A stretch of DNA of 48,915 bases, counting the filler, from Dimargaris cristalligena (taxonomy: Eukaryota), in NCBI GenBank assembly GCA_003614675.1. It is 2 parts of 2 records of this genome, joined end to end, with 100 filler letters (N's around TTAATTAATTAA, not from the genome) between each part and the next. Parts side by side here need not be neighbours in the genome. Positions count along the whole stretch, not along the records: positions 24,545 to 48,915 come from ML002589.1; 1 more part is not named here. One strand, given 5' to 3'. Numbering within the stretch: position 1 is the stretch's first letter; each line of letters opens with the position of its first letter. A model generated the notes under the pieces. That model saw only the letters and a program-made list of their open reading frames with translations, made no database searches and was not told the origin of the DNA. Below, piece by piece: positions 48,460 to 48,915 of this stretch. Both the position numbers and the translations under genes were made by a program.

Positions 48460-48915
48460 TTACTCGGGGGGTGGTGATGCCCATGAATAGTTCTGGAATG
48501 GCCGGAAAAGTTCGAGGAGATGCTGAGTGGCTTCGTTTAGAGCAGCCACCTTCATCATTGTATCCTCTTTCCGGTCCGCTGGCAACGCTGCTGGTGATAC
48601 TGCTAATGACGGCGATGTCGAAAGTGCTTCGTGTAGCCACTTGACGGCCTGCTCGATTTCGGCGGCACTGGATATCCCCAGAATAGTACAATCAAACACC
48701 GACTGGTTCAGACTAAACTTCGTCGCTATTTCCGCCATATCCAACTGGTGAGTCTGACAGTAGGCATCTGCCAACCGGGCCGTATTCCGAAGAGCCTCAT
48801 TCGCCGGATGCCAATCAGGAGGACCCCGATGGGGACGTAGCAGACCCATACTGAGGGGGGAGGCATTGATCAAGTAACGAACACCGACTTGCCGGAACCG
48901 GGGGGCCCAGTCCCG
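48460..48915 (-). CDS. Aldo-keto reductase (L-galactose dehydrogenase / Ara2-like), 3' part only
   Basis: INASPLSMGLL...PPDWHPA...LAEIATKFSL-type helix...TILGISSAAEIEQAV...NYSWASP. The frame runs off the end of the window. Confidence 0.82.
   Translation of the reverse strand, partial: RDWAPRFRQVGVRYLINASPLSMGLLRPHRGPPDWHPANEALRNTARLADAYCQTHQLDMAEIATKFSLNQSVFDCTILGISSAAEIEQAVKWLHEALSTSPSLAVSPAALPADRKEDTMMKVAALNEATQHLLELFRPFQNYSWASPPPE

Overview
Eukaryotic (fungal) genomic DNA with GT-AG introns. Gene style and content suggest an early-diverging fungus such as a zoopagomycete; this is inference, not proven. The window starts inside a decayed DIRS-type (tyrosine-recombinase) retrotransposon (gag tail, RT, RNase H, methyltransferase-like domain, YR, ICR and right terminus; ~58-3588), whose gag is abutted by an LTR end. 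Conserved genes follow: a SANT/Myb + U-box protein, a His/Cys-rich small heat-shock protein, an FHA-RING (Dma1-like) E3 ligase, a UBZ-finger disordered protein, RAD50 (about 13 exons), SPO12, a mitochondrial 2-oxodicarboxylate carrier (ODC) and the 3' end of an aldo-keto reductase. Between the Dma1-like gene and RAD50 (~20-35 kb) lies an accessory island with two families of putative secreted proteins. One is an unusual signal peptide + acidic repeats + four zinc-finger protein with a nonsense-mutated paralog. The other family has one copy split by a clean solo LTR with a 5-bp TSD. An artificial 100-bp assembly spacer also lies in the island. Repeats and pseudogenes show heavy CpG (and apparently CpA) C-to-T decay, with a sharp boundary inside the DIRS element. 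All calls are by eye from the sequence and ORF track; no searches were run.
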